Part shown: positions 28,698-39,838 of the stretch, in pieces
How positions within the stretch are numbered: position 1 is the first letter of the stretch
How the letters are laid out: each line of letters begins with the position of its first letter
NCBI GenBank assembly: GCA_963977015.1
Contig: CAXBMO010000006.1
Coordinates: forward strand, 128,001-192,000
Direction: 5' to 3'
DNA: 64,000 nucleotides
Source of the DNA: an uncultured bacterium
GTDB taxonomy: Bacteria; Verrucomicrobiota; Verrucomicrobiia; Verrucomicrobiales; DEV007
The notes under the pieces: generated by a model
What the model was told of the DNA's origin: nothing
Databases searched by the model: none
The model's input: only the letters and a program-made list of their open reading frames with translations
Program-made: the position numbers and the translations under genes

Positions 28698-31600
28698 ATG
28701 AAACGTAAGTGGCATCATCCTAAAGCTGAACGCATCGAATCGACTGTTGATCGGAAGTATTGGCGTGGATACGACGAATTGGAGGATACTCCTGAGTTCC
28801 GGGGGTGGTTGGAAAAAGAATTCCCGCGCGGTGCTGCAGAAGTTTCTGGCCCTGAAGCGGATGAAACTACTCGCCGTGGTTTCATGAAATACATGGGGGC
28901 TTCTGCTTCTCTTGCGGGTTTGGGGTTGGCGAGTTGTCGTCGCCCGGATCAATATCTGATCCCCTACAATGAGCATGTTGAGCATCTCATTCCGGGTAAG
29001 GCGTTGCTTTATTCTTCGGCGATGCCGACTGCGGATGGGTGTGTTCCATTGGTTGTGACGACCCACGAAGGGCGGCCGACAAAGGTGGACGGAAACCGTC
29101 TTCATCCTGAGCTTGCGGGTGGGACCAGCGCGTTTGTTCAGGCTTCGGTTCTCAATCTCTATGATCCGGATCGCTCGAGGGATTACCGCAAGGGTGGTGA
29201 AAAGGTTTCGGTTGGTGAGTTTGAGGAGGGGTTTTTAAATGGGTTTCGTGCTTCCGGTGGTGAAAAGGCGGCGATTCTTCTTGGGGGTAGCACTTCACCG
29301 ACTCGTGCTCGGGTTTTGGAGCAGGTGAAAGCCAAGTTTCCTCAGGTTCAGATTTTCGAATATGAGCCGCTGCTTTCTGAAGCGAAGAAACGGGCTGAGA
29401 AGCAATTGTTTGGTGAGGGTGTTTCGGCGGTTCCTCGGATTGATTTTGCGGATAAGATCCTGTCCTTGGATTGCGACTTTTTGGGGCTCGATCCGCAAGG
29501 TGAGGATCCTGCTGCGCAATGGGCAAAGCGTCGTGATCCGGAGGGTGAGATGGCTCGCTTGTATGCCGTTGAGTCTGCGTTCACGGTCACGGGTGGTATT
29601 TCTGATCACCGGCTTCGGGTGCCCGCGAGCCAGGTGGTGAAGGTTGCCGCGCTGTTTGCTAAAGCGCTCGGAGATCTGACCGGTGATGCGAAATTGAAGG
29701 CGGCGGCTGCGGGTGTGGTTTCGAAGTTTCGCGCCGAAGTTTTTGATCAGGAGTGGATCTCAGAGGCGGCCAAAGATCTGGCTGTATCGAAAGGAAAAGC
29801 GCTTGTGGTTGCCGGTTCTCGTCAGCCTGTTGCGGTTCAGGTGTTGGCTGGATTGATGAATTCAGCACTGGGTTCTGTCGGTGGTGGACGTGTGCCGGTT
29901 CAGCTTTTCAAGCATGGTCGGAAGTCGGTTCCGGGTATTGTTGAATTGGCTGCGGCGATGGGAGCTGGCGATGTCGATACGCTCATCGTGAGCGGTCCCA
30001 GTGATCCTGTTTATGATGCGCCGGCGGATTTGGGGTTTGCCGGGCTTTATGGGAAGTTGAAAAATTCTGTTCATATCGGGTTCCGTTACAACGCGACGGC
30101 CAAGGCCTCGGTATGGCATGTTCCTGGTTCGCATTATTTGGAGAGCTGGGGTGATGCAAGGACGGCGACCGGTGTCCTGTCCGTGGTGCAGCCGATGATT
30201 CTGCCGCTTTATGGCGGGGTATCCGATCTGGAGTTCCTGCTTTCGTTGGTGAAGGAAGAAGCTCCTGAAGGAGAGGTTGTGGAAGGTGGCGCGGATAAGG
30301 ATTTGGCCTACGAGGCGGTTCGTGAGACGTTTAAAGGATTGGCCAAAGGGGATGTTGAAAAAGCTTGGAATTTGACGCTTCGCGACGGATTTTTGGATGG
30401 TGTTCGTTATCAGCGTGTCAATTCGGCGCCTGCAGGTGGCGTGGTTGAGGTTGGCGACCTGCCAGCCTATCCCGGAAAGGATGCGATTGAGGTGGTGTTA
30501 AGCCCCAGTTGGCATGTTTGGGATGGTCGCTATGTCAATAATAGCTGGCTCCAGGAAGTTCCGGACCCGATCACCAAGTTGACTTGGGATAATGCGGCGG
30601 TGATGAGCAAAAAGACCGCGGATCGCATTGGTGTTACTCACGACGGGCAGATGGTTTCGATTTCTGTCGGCGGTCGTCCGGTGGAGGCTCCGGCTTTCCG
30701 TGTGCCTGGTCAGGCTGACTTCTCAATTCAACTGGCTCTGGGGTATGGGCAGGAAAATCCAGGCCGTGTTGGTGAGGGGACTGGGTTTAATGCATATCCG
30801 TTGATGACAACGGTGACTCCCTATTTTGTTCCTGGCGCGACGGTAACTCGCACCGGTGAAAATTACGAACTTGCTCCAACAGCGATTCATTGGAGTATGC
30901 AAGGTCGGGCCATCGTGCGCGAGGGAACGAAGGAGATGTTCGACGAGGATCATCATTTTGCGGTGGATGACGGAATGGATGCGCACATCCCGCCGAACAT
31001 TTCGCTCTACCAGGGTCCTGATTACTTTCAGAAAAATTCCGAGCAGACCGCACATGGTGCTCCTTTGCAGCGGACCAATGGTGGTTACCGGGTTGATGAG
31101 CATCATCAGTGGGGGATGACCATTGATCTCAATACCTGCACAGGTTGCAACGCTTGCACCATCGCGTGTCAGGCTGAGAACAATATTCCGGTTGTCGGAA
31201 AGCGCGAAGTGATTCGCGGACGCGAGATGCACTGGATTCGGATGGATCGCTACTTCTCCAGTCCGGCGGAGAAAGAGGGAGATCATTCCGGAATGACTTC
31301 GCAGAAAGTTCTGACCAACGATCGGAGAGGGCGCCCTGCTCACGACGACGATCATGTCGAAATGCTGATGCAGCCCGTTGCTTGTGTGCAATGTGAGTCT
31401 GCTCCTTGCGAAACCGTTTGTCCGGTGAACGCGACCGTTCACAGCGCGGATGGTCTCAATGCGATGACCTACAATCGTTGTATCGGCACGCGTTACTGCG
31501 CCAACAACTGCCCCTACAAGGCTCGTCGTTTCAACTACTTCGACTACAACAAGCGGAGTGTGGTTCAGGAAACCGAGAAGGCCGGCATCAAGGCGAACGA

Positions 31601-32054
31601 TCTTGATTGGGGCCCGCTGGCTGAGGCTCGCGGACTGGGAACGACAAGTCTCAAGCTGCAGAAGAACCCCAACGTGACCGTCCGGATGCGGGGTGTGATT
31701 GAAAAGTGCACCTACTGCGTGCAGAGAATTCAAGCGGCCAAGATCGATCAGAAGGCCAAGGCGCGTGATTCCAAAGATGTCCAGGTTCCCGCAAATACGG
31801 TGCGGACGGCTTGCCAGGATGCCTGCGGGTCCGGAGCCATTACCTTCGGGAATATGCTGGCCAAAGGCGACGATATCCGGAAGCAGAAGGGAACGCCGGA
31901 GAAGAATTTTGAAGATGCGAATCCGAGGAGCTATGACCTGCTCAAGTATATCGGAACGCGCCCGCGCACCAGTTATCTGGCCAAAGTGCGCAACCCCAAT
32001 TCGAAGATGCCCGGTGCTGAGCATGTCGGGCAGGCAACCGCGCAGATGCACTAA
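28698..32054 (+). CDS. actB: ACIII molybdopterin-fold + Fe-S subunit
   Basis: KYWR, internal Tat motif TRRGFMK plus lipobox LASC, GRPTKVDGN; C-terminal CTGCNAC, CVQC..PC..VCP, CIGTRYCANNCP, EKCTYC. Confidence 0.94.
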   Translation: MKRKWHHPKAERIESTVDRKYWRGYDELEDTPEFRGWLEKEFPRGAAEVSGPEADETTRRGFMKYMGASASLAGLGLASCRRPDQYLIPYNEHVEHLIPGKALLYSSAMPTADGCVPLVVTTHEGRPTKVDGNRLHPELAGGTSAFVQASVLNLYDPDRSRDYRKGGEKVSVGEFEEGFLNGFRASGGEKAAILLGGSTSPTRARVLEQVKAKFPQVQIFEYEPLLSEAKKRAEKQLFGEGVSAVPRIDFADKILSLDCDFLGLDPQGEDPAAQWAKRRDPEGEMARLYAVESAFTVTGGISDHRLRVPASQVVKVAALFAKALGDLTGDAKLKAAAAGVVSKFRAEVFDQEWISEAAKDLAVSKGKALVVAGSRQPVAVQVLAGLMNSALGSVGGGRVPVQLFKHGRKSVPGIVELAAAMGAGDVDTLIVSGPSDPVYDAPADLGFAGLYGKLKNSVHIGFRYNATAKASVWHVPGSHYLESWGDARTATGVLSVVQPMILPLYGGVSDLEFLLSLVKEEAPEGEVVEGGADKDLAYEAVRETFKGLAKGDVEKAWNLTLRDGFLDGVRYQRVNSAPAGGVVEVGDLPAYPGKDAIEVVLSPSWHVWDGRYVNNSWLQEVPDPITKLTWDNAAVMSKKTADRIGVTHDGQMVSISVGGRPVEAPAFRVPGQADFSIQLALGYGQENPGRVGEGTGFNAYPLMTTVTPYFVPGATVTRTGENYELAPTAIHWSMQGRAIVREGTKEMFDEDHHFAVDDGMDAHIPPNISLYQGPDYFQKNSEQTAHGAPLQRTNGGYRVDEHHQWGMTIDLNTCTGCNACTIACQAENNIPVVGKREVIRGREMHWIRMDRYFSSPAEKEGDHSGMTSQKVLTNDRRGRPAHDDDHVEMLMQPVACVQCESAPCETVCPVNATVHSADGLNAMTYNRCIGTRYCANNCPYKARRFNYFDYNKRSVVQETEKAGIKANDLDWGPLAEARGLGTTSLKLQKNPNVTVRMRGVIEKCTYCVQRIQAAKIDQKAKARDSKDVQVPANTVRTACQDACGSGAITFGNMLAKGDDIRKQKGTPEKNFEDANPRSYDLLKYIGTRPRTSYLAKVRNPNSKMPGAEHVGQATAQMH

Positions 32055-32069
32055 TTTTTACTGACCCAG

Positions 32070-33455
<1,386 letters not shown>

Positions 33456-33457
33456 CA

Positions 33458-34018
33458 TTGAGCGATTCCGAGAAATTAACCAGAGCCTGGGGCTATGTGG
33501 CGGAGTTCGAAAGCCCGAAAGCGGTTTTCGATGCTGCTAAAAAGTGTCGTGAAGAGGGATTTAAGCGATGGGATGTCCATTCGCCGTTCCCGATCCACGG
33601 GATGGATGCCGCGATGGGATTGGGGCCCTCCTACCTTTCAAAGTTCGTCTTCTGCGGAGGACTTTTTGGGACGTTGACAGCCCTGGCCCTCCAGTTTGGA
33701 ACGCAGGTTGGCCTTTATCCGACGATTGTTCAGAACAAGCCGGCGAACCTTTGGACGATACCGGCGTTCTTCCCAATCACGTTTGAGCTGACGATTCTGT
33801 TCGCCGCATTCACCATTCTTTTTGGCCTGTTGATCATCATCAAGCTGCCGAGACTTCATCATCCACTGTTTGGATCCAAGTCCTTCACCAAGTTTTCGGA
33901 CGACGGCTTCATTATCGCGATCGAAGCGCGGGATCCCAAATTCTCCAGGGAGAAAACCAAGGAGTTTCTCCTCTCCGTGGGAGCGACCGAAGTTGAACTC
34001 GTGGAGGAAGAACTCTGA
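33458..34018 (+). CDS. actD: ACIII subunit D (DUF3341)
   Basis: AEF, SPFPIHGMD, FFPITFELTILFAA; TTG start. Confidence 0.92.
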   Translation: MSDSEKLTRAWGYVAEFESPKAVFDAAKKCREEGFKRWDVHSPFPIHGMDAAMGLGPSYLSKFVFCGGLFGTLTALALQFGTQVGLYPTIVQNKPANLWTIPAFFPITFELTILFAAFTILFGLLIIIKLPRLHHPLFGSKSFTKFSDDGFIIAIEARDPKFSREKTKEFLLSVGATEVELVEEEL

Positions 34019-34034
34019 GACTTTTTTAGGAACA

Positions 34035-34733
34035 ATGCGCTGGTTTTTCCTCATTACTTTTCTATTTGCAGTCCTCTGGGTCGGCCTTTGGGGCTGGCAG
34101 GGACAGACGTCGACCAATAATCCGGTCGAGGTGTTCCAGGACATGGATCATCAATACAAACTGCGTCCCCAGAAGCAGAGCGACTTCTTTGCTGACGGAA
34201 TGGTCAGTCGCAAGCCGGTGGAAGGAACCGTTCCCATGGGATACGTGGTTCCGGACAAGGCGATTTCCAAAGGTGGAAAGACCGATCCCCGGCTTGGCTT
34301 GTCCAATGACTACTACAGCACGGGACTGATCGGAGAGTTTTTCGGCTCCGGATTCCCTGAAGGGATTGAGGTCAGTGAGGACTTGCTGGATCGCGGTGAG
34401 CAGCGATTTGATATCTATTGCAGCGTTTGTCACGGGATGAGCGGTTACGGGAAAGGGGTTGTCGCCTCGTTCTGGTTGGGAGGAACACTTCCGCCGACCG
34501 CGAATCTGATTGATCCGAGAGTTGCTGAAATGCCGGAGGGACAGATTTTCCACACCATCACCAACGGGAAAGGCCTGATGGGGCCTTATGGAGGAAATAT
34601 CCCGCCAAATGATCGCTGGGCGATTGTGGCCTATTTACGTGCTCTTCAATTGAGCCAGAAGGCAGATCTGAAAAATCCGAAGGTGAAGGCTGCCTTCGAT
34701 GCCGCAGCCCAGAGCACCGAATCTACTCAATGA
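34035..34733 (+). CDS. actE: ACIII monoheme cytochrome c
   Basis: DMDHQYK..PQ...FF.DG...R.PV.GTV, CSVCH, distal Met in GLMGPY, RWAIVAY; start reset. Confidence 0.92.
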   Translation: MRWFFLITFLFAVLWVGLWGWQGQTSTNNPVEVFQDMDHQYKLRPQKQSDFFADGMVSRKPVEGTVPMGYVVPDKAISKGGKTDPRLGLSNDYYSTGLIGEFFGSGFPEGIEVSEDLLDRGEQRFDIYCSVCHGMSGYGKGVVASFWLGGTLPPTANLIDPRVAEMPEGQIFHTITNGKGLMGPYGGNIPPNDRWAIVAYLRALQLSQKADLKNPKVKAAFDAAAQSTESTQ

Positions 34734-36280
34734 GCGCCCACAAATCTGTTAAAGACCTCCCGAAAGGTGGAGAAAAGATCGACGGCAGCAAGGTTGCTGG
34801 AGCCAAGATGTTGTTTGCCCTGCTTGGGGTGATCGGCTTGGGAGGTATCCTGATTGCTTTCTTCATGGACGGTGAAAGTCATGAAGACGTTGCCGACCAG
34901 GCATCCTATTCTTATTTGTTCGCCTTTACCTTTGCTCTCACTTTGGGAATGGGCGGTTTGTTTTGGACCATTCTGCATCACGCGACCAACTCGGGATGGG
35001 GGATTTCAGTCCGTCGCCAAATGGAGAACATCATGGGGCTGCTGCCGTGGGTGTTCGTGCTTTCGATTCCTTTTTGGATTCCCAGCATTCGCGAAGATCT
35101 CTGGGAGTGGGAAGCCAAGGCGGTAAAACTGAAGGCTGAGGCCGGGAAGCTTGTTTCAGGTCACCTTGCGACGGAAAATGCTGAGTGGTCCCATCAGGTA
35201 GAGGATCTCAAGGGAAAAATCGCCGAACGAAAGGCATTGCTCGGAAATCTTGAGACGGGTGGGGGCGTAACGCCCGGAGACCTTGAGGCGATCAAGGAAC
35301 AAAGCATCGATCTCGAAGCAAAACTCGCGGTGCTTGAATCTGAGAAGCCGAATGCGAAGTCGGTTCTCAAACACCTGATGAAAGTCGGTGATGAAGAGCA
35401 TGGTCTTCAGGGAGATACCCTTTTGACGGAGAAATGGTTCTTCTACTTTAAGGACACCAAATTGCGCCTCGTTCTCTACACGGTCATTTTCGTGCTGATC
35501 GTCTATCTTCTAAGAAGTTGGTCGATTCGAAACGATAAGATCGCCGGAGAGGACTTGTTCAAACGCTCTCGTTACTGGAGCTGCTTCTTCCTGATTCCGT
35601 TTGCGGCTGGCTACACCTTCATGGTGATCGATTTCCTCATGTCCCTGAACTACAAGTGGTTCTCGACCATGTGGGGAGTTTACCTGTTTGCCGGCGCCGC
35701 CCTCAATGGGATGGGACTGTTGGTAATTGTTATCACCTGGTTGCGCAGCAAGGGTTATCTGAAGGAAGTCGTCAGTGACGAGCACTATCACCTGATGGGG
35801 AAACTGATGTTTACCTTCTGTGTGTTCTGGGCCTACATCGCATTCAGTCAGTATTTCTTGATTTGGTATGCCAACATTACGGAAGAGACGGAATTCTTCC
35901 TCCTGCGGAACAGCGGCGAGTGGCGAACTGTGAGTATGGCCCTCGTGGTGGGACACTTCTTCATCCCGTTTGTGATTCTTCTATGGCGGGGTGTGAAGAA
36001 GAAGGCCCATTTGATTTGCACGGTAGCGGTTTGGAACCTGGTGATGCACGTTGTTGATGTTTACTGGATCGTGATTCCCGAGCGCGCACCGAGCCTGAGT
36101 GCCTTGGCTCATTCTAAAGAGCCTGTTCTCTGGTATCCAGGAGCTCTCCTCTTTGATCTTTTAGCCTTGGTCGGCGTTGTCGGTGTCTTGGGATACGTTC
36201 TCATCCACATCATTCAGAAATCGAGTCTCTACCCCTGTGGTGACCCTCGGTTGGAAGAGTCAATTAACGTTGTGAACTAG
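34730..36280 (+). CDS. actF: ACIII membrane subunit F (with coiled-coil insertion)
   Basis: WFSTMWG, HLMGKLMF.F..FWAYIAFSQY.LIWYANI.EET, terminal DPRL.ES. Confidence 0.92.
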   Translation: MSAHKSVKDLPKGGEKIDGSKVAGAKMLFALLGVIGLGGILIAFFMDGESHEDVADQASYSYLFAFTFALTLGMGGLFWTILHHATNSGWGISVRRQMENIMGLLPWVFVLSIPFWIPSIREDLWEWEAKAVKLKAEAGKLVSGHLATENAEWSHQVEDLKGKIAERKALLGNLETGGGVTPGDLEAIKEQSIDLEAKLAVLESEKPNAKSVLKHLMKVGDEEHGLQGDTLLTEKWFFYFKDTKLRLVLYTVIFVLIVYLLRSWSIRNDKIAGEDLFKRSRYWSCFFLIPFAAGYTFMVIDFLMSLNYKWFSTMWGVYLFAGAALNGMGLLVIVITWLRSKGYLKEVVSDEHYHLMGKLMFTFCVFWAYIAFSQYFLIWYANITEETEFFLLRNSGEWRTVSMALVVGHFFIPFVILLWRGVKKKAHLICTVAVWNLVMHVVDVYWIVIPERAPSLSALAHSKEPVLWYPGALLFDLLALVGVVGVLGYVLIHIIQKSSLYPCGDPRLEESINVVN

Positions 36281-36287
36281 AATTTCG

Positions 36288-36878
36288 ATGAGTAAGCAAC
36301 TTCATCCCGCAGACAAACCACTTCTCAGACTCGGCGCCTATCTTGGCGGTTTCGTCGCCATTTTCGCTTTCGCTTTGTTGGGGCTCCTCATTGCCAAAGC
36401 TCCCGTTCGAAGCAGCGAACCTTCCTTTTCGGAGGAGACAGCCAATGCTCGGAAAGCGATCGCTGATAAAGTCAAGGCAGCAGATGTCGCTGCCCTTACC
36501 GAGCCGGAGTTGATTGATGAAGCTTCCGGGGTTGTTCGAATTCCGATTGCAGCGGCCAAAGACGTGGTTCTTGAAGAACTCCAGAGCCTGAAGCCGAAGA
36601 AGTCTGCCATTCCCCTTCCGGGTTCGGCTGCCGCAACCAAGCTCATGCAAGAGCAGTCCGCGCCGGCTCCAGCAGCCAAAGCTGAGCCAAAGGAGGAAGC
36701 GCCCAAGAAACCCAAGGCCAAACCACAAGCAGCGGAGAAGAAAACGCCTGCTGCTGCGGAGCCGAAGCAACCAAAGAAGCCTCAGCAAAAGCCGAAGGCG
36801 GACGCTGTGCCGACGGACGAGGCCAAGCCTGCTTCCAAGCCTGAAACTCCCGCGAAACCATCAAACCCGCAGGGTTAG
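36288..36878 (+). CDS. ActG-like single-TM protein with Pro/Lys/Ala-rich tail
   Basis: One TM helix, GVVRIPI..A motif, position directly after actF. Confidence 0.6.
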   Translation: MSKQLHPADKPLLRLGAYLGGFVAIFAFALLGLLIAKAPVRSSEPSFSEETANARKAIADKVKAADVAALTEPELIDEASGVVRIPIAAAKDVVLEELQSLKPKKSAIPLPGSAAATKLMQEQSAPAPAAKAEPKEEAPKKPKAKPQAAEKKTPAAAEPKQPKKPQQKPKADAVPTDEAKPASKPETPAKPSNPQG

Positions 36879-36883
36879 TTTTT

Positions 36884-38356
36884 ATGAGTTCCGATACCAA
36901 CGAAATCGATATTAACCTTCGCGCGCAGATTGATCGCTCACTGCGCTTTCCGTTGCTATTTTTCTTCACGAGCGCCGCTGTATGGTTGGTTTTCGGCACG
37001 GCGTTGGGGTTTGTCAGCTCCTTGAGCTTGAATTTCCCCGGCCTGTTTGAAGGATGCGCGTTCCTGTCCTACGGCCGGGTCTTTCCAGCTCAAATGAATG
37101 CGCTGGTATACGGTTGGGGAATGCAGGCCGGTTTTGGAGTCGCCCTGTGGATTATGGCTCGTTTGAGTCGCTCCACCTTGAAAAACCCGGCGACAGTCAT
37201 CGTCGCCGGCCATGTCTGGAATGCGATGATCCTGTTTGGCTTGTTCTCGATCCTTTTTGGTTGGGGGACTTCAATTATGTGGTTGGATTTTCCGAAGGCC
37301 TTCGCACCTGCCGTGGTCGGAACCTTTATCGTGATCATGATCTGGGCGTTGGGAATGTTTGCGGCACGCCGCGACCGCGAAGCCTACGTATCCCAATGGT
37401 ACATTCTCGCCTCTATTCTCTGGTTTCCTTGGATTTACCTCACCGCCAATTGGTTCATCCACATTGATGAAGGTGCGGCCGTGATCAAGGCTGGGATTGA
37501 TGCCTGGTATGTCAGCAACATGATTTACATGGTGCTCGCCCCAATCGCGTTGGCTTCTGCCTACTATATTGTTCCCAAGGTCATTGGTCGGCCGATCTAT
37601 AGCAACAGTATCGCAGTGTTTGGATTTTGGACGCTGGCGATTTTCGCCGGTTGGACGGGGATGAATCGAATCATGGGCGGGCCTCTTCCGGCTTGGATGC
37701 CCACCTTTGGAAGCGCCGCTGCCATATTCCTGCTCATTCCTGCGTTGGCAGTTGCCTTTAACCTGGTAAAGACGCTCGGTTCACGTTCGGATTGGATCAG
37801 CTACAGTCCTTCGTTGCGATTCACCATTTTCGGAGTCTTCGCCTTTGTCGTGACCGTGGCGCTCGGCGCGATCATGTCCATCTTCCCTGCCGGAAAGATC
37901 TTTCAATTCACTCATGCGCAGGCCGGCTACGACCTGCTCGCGGTATATGGGTTTTACTCAATGACCATTCTTGGTGCGATCTACTTTATCGTTCCCCGGA
38001 TTGTCGGTTGCGAGTGGATCAACGGGGGCTGGATTCGATTCCATTTCTGGTTTTCGGCCTATGGAACCATCGCCATTGTGGCGTTCATGGTGTTCGCCGG
38101 CATGGCCCAGGGTTACATCATCAACAACTGGGGAGAGGATTTCTTAACCTCCGTCGAACGAGGAAAGCCCTACTTGGCTTCGCTCTGTTTGGGATGGGGA
38201 CTCATCGTTATTTCAAACATCGCCTTCCTGTTTCACCTCGGTCTGATGGCGATTAAGCGCGGCCGAACCGATGAGGTCGGGCCGACCTTGATTCATAAAC
38301 AGCCAGAGGATTACTTTGCAGAAACAGAACTAAGCAAGGAAGGAGCAAACGCATGA
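36884..38356 (+). CDS. CcoN-like (cbb3 subunit I fold) protein lacking all metal ligands
   Basis: CcoN landmarks SYGR, YVSQWY, YYIVPK...RPIYS, LPAW, GAIYFIVPR, HFW retained; His ligands substituted; followed by ccoO-like gene. Confidence 0.88.
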   Translation: MSSDTNEIDINLRAQIDRSLRFPLLFFFTSAAVWLVFGTALGFVSSLSLNFPGLFEGCAFLSYGRVFPAQMNALVYGWGMQAGFGVALWIMARLSRSTLKNPATVIVAGHVWNAMILFGLFSILFGWGTSIMWLDFPKAFAPAVVGTFIVIMIWALGMFAARRDREAYVSQWYILASILWFPWIYLTANWFIHIDEGAAVIKAGIDAWYVSNMIYMVLAPIALASAYYIVPKVIGRPIYSNSIAVFGFWTLAIFAGWTGMNRIMGGPLPAWMPTFGSAAAIFLLIPALAVAFNLVKTLGSRSDWISYSPSLRFTIFGVFAFVVTVALGAIMSIFPAGKIFQFTHAQAGYDLLAVYGFYSMTILGAIYFIVPRIVGCEWINGGWIRFHFWFSAYGTIAIVAFMVFAGMAQGYIINNWGEDFLTSVERGKPYLASLCLGWGLIVISNIAFLFHLGLMAIKRGRTDEVGPTLIHKQPEDYFAETELSKEGANA

Positions 38357-39000
38357 ACAGTTTTCGCGGTTTCATTTTATGTTTAGGGGCAACTTTCGCC
38401 CTCCCTTGGATCTTCCTGATCGTGGTTCCTTTCAAGGCGACCTCCAATCTGGATGTCGTAGAGTTTGAGGTCGAAGGCGAGAAGGTGACCTATCCACCAG
38501 CGCGTGTCGGAGCCGTTCGCGGCGCGGAAGTTTATGCCAGGAATGGTTGCGCCTACTGCCATACACAGATGGTTCGGCCAACGTATGCCGGGACTGATAT
38601 GTGGAGACCCGGTTGGGCTGGAAGAGGGGGCGAGGAATCAACCCTGCGTTCCACCATCCCACAAGATTACCTTGGAGAGAAGTATGCTTATCTGGGAGCC
38701 TTGCGCCACGGACCTGATTTGAGCAACGTCGGTTGGCGGATCACCGACCGGAAATGGCACTACGAGCATTTGTATGATCCTCGCTCGATCAAACCGACAA
38801 CCATCATGCCGAGCTACCGCAACCTTTTCGAGAAACGCCGGGTGATTGGGCAGCTCTCCGCAGATGCGATCGAGACGTTTGAGAAGAATGGCGAAACCTG
38901 GGAAGTGGTTCCCAGCAATGACGCAAAGTCTCTGGTCGATTACTTGATGTCGCTGAAGAAGGACTTTCTCGTACCCGACAGTCTTGCAGCAACGAAATAA
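38353..39000 (+). CDS. CcoO-like (cbb3 subunit II) monoheme cytochrome c
   Basis: G.EVY..NGCAYCHTQMVRP, GPDLSNVG, HLYDPR, IMPSY distal Met. Confidence 0.9.
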   Translation: MNSFRGFILCLGATFALPWIFLIVVPFKATSNLDVVEFEVEGEKVTYPPARVGAVRGAEVYARNGCAYCHTQMVRPTYAGTDMWRPGWAGRGGEESTLRSTIPQDYLGEKYAYLGALRHGPDLSNVGWRITDRKWHYEHLYDPRSIKPTTIMPSYRNLFEKRRVIGQLSADAIETFEKNGETWEVVPSNDAKSLVDYLMSLKKDFLVPDSLAATK

Positions 39001-39774
39001 ATGGCGATGGACGAAGATCACAATCAGAACTTGGATTACGGCGAACGCTCAAGCGTTGCGGATTTGAACTCAGCGGTGAAGCGTGAAAAATCGGAGCCTA
39101 CCGCAGGGTTGGAGCCCGTTTCGATCTGGGCTTTCATCATTGCGGGATTGGTGATGGTCGCTGGCGGTGCCTACCTCGGCGCGTATTCAGCGGGTGGCTT
39201 GAGCATGAAGAACACTTACGCGGTTGCCAACTACGTTCCAGCGGAACGCCCGGTGCTTGAAGGATCTGTTGTGGTCGAGGATACGCGACCTTGGATTGAC
39301 AAGTGGATGGCTGGTGGGAAATCCGTCTATGCCACCTGTCAGGCTTGTCACCAGACCAACGGAAACGGGATGCCTGGCCAATTTCCTCCTCTTGGCGATT
39401 CAGAGTGGGTGGTGAACGGCACTGAACGACTTGGCGCAATCCTGTTTCCCGGGATTCAAGGGCCGATGAGCGTCAAAGGATCGACTTACAATGGGTTGAT
39501 GCCAGCCCAAGGCGCAATGTTAAGCGACAAGCAGATCGCACAGGTCATGACCTATATCCGCCGCAGTTTCGGAAATGATGCGTCTGTTGTGACGGAAGAA
39601 ATGGTGAAGAATGCGCGGGCCAAGTATGGTTCCCGAACCGCACCATGGTCCGAAGCAGAACTTCTGGAAATTCCTCAAGACGCGATGCTTCCGGGCGCTG
39701 AAGTTGATTTGCAGACAGGGGAGCCGTTGGGAGGCGGGGAATCTGGAGGTGACGAACCTGCATCGGACGTATAG
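39001..39774 (+). CDS. Membrane-anchored monoheme cytochrome c
   Basis: TM helix, CQACH, FPPL, YNGLMPA, IAQVMTYIR. Confidence 0.9.
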   Translation: MAMDEDHNQNLDYGERSSVADLNSAVKREKSEPTAGLEPVSIWAFIIAGLVMVAGGAYLGAYSAGGLSMKNTYAVANYVPAERPVLEGSVVVEDTRPWIDKWMAGGKSVYATCQACHQTNGNGMPGQFPPLGDSEWVVNGTERLGAILFPGIQGPMSVKGSTYNGLMPAQGAMLSDKQIAQVMTYIRRSFGNDASVVTEEMVKNARAKYGSRTAPWSEAELLEIPQDAMLPGAEVDLQTGEPLGGGESGGDEPASDV

Positions 39775-39838
39775 GATGCGTCCCGCTTGCCTCGAGATAC
39801 GAAACAAGTAAGCCTAGAAGAACAACCACCATTTTTTC

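Noticed and set aside
28698-30950. Horizontal-transfer explanation for the T/G-rich 5' part of actB
   Set aside because: The shift occurs within a continuous gene and similar tracts recur elsewhere; treated under the skew finding
36884-38356. Pseudogene call for ccoN-like gene
   Set aside because: No frameshift or stop, full length, coupled to the downstream gene
36884-39774. Functional cbb3 oxidase or NO reductase call
   Set aside because: All catalytic His ligands are absent from the subunit I homolog
39765-39790. Hairpin ggacgtat-agg-atgcgtcc at the cyt c stop
   Set aside because: Short, relies on G-U pairing, no tail or repeat copies; not the RAYT's REP
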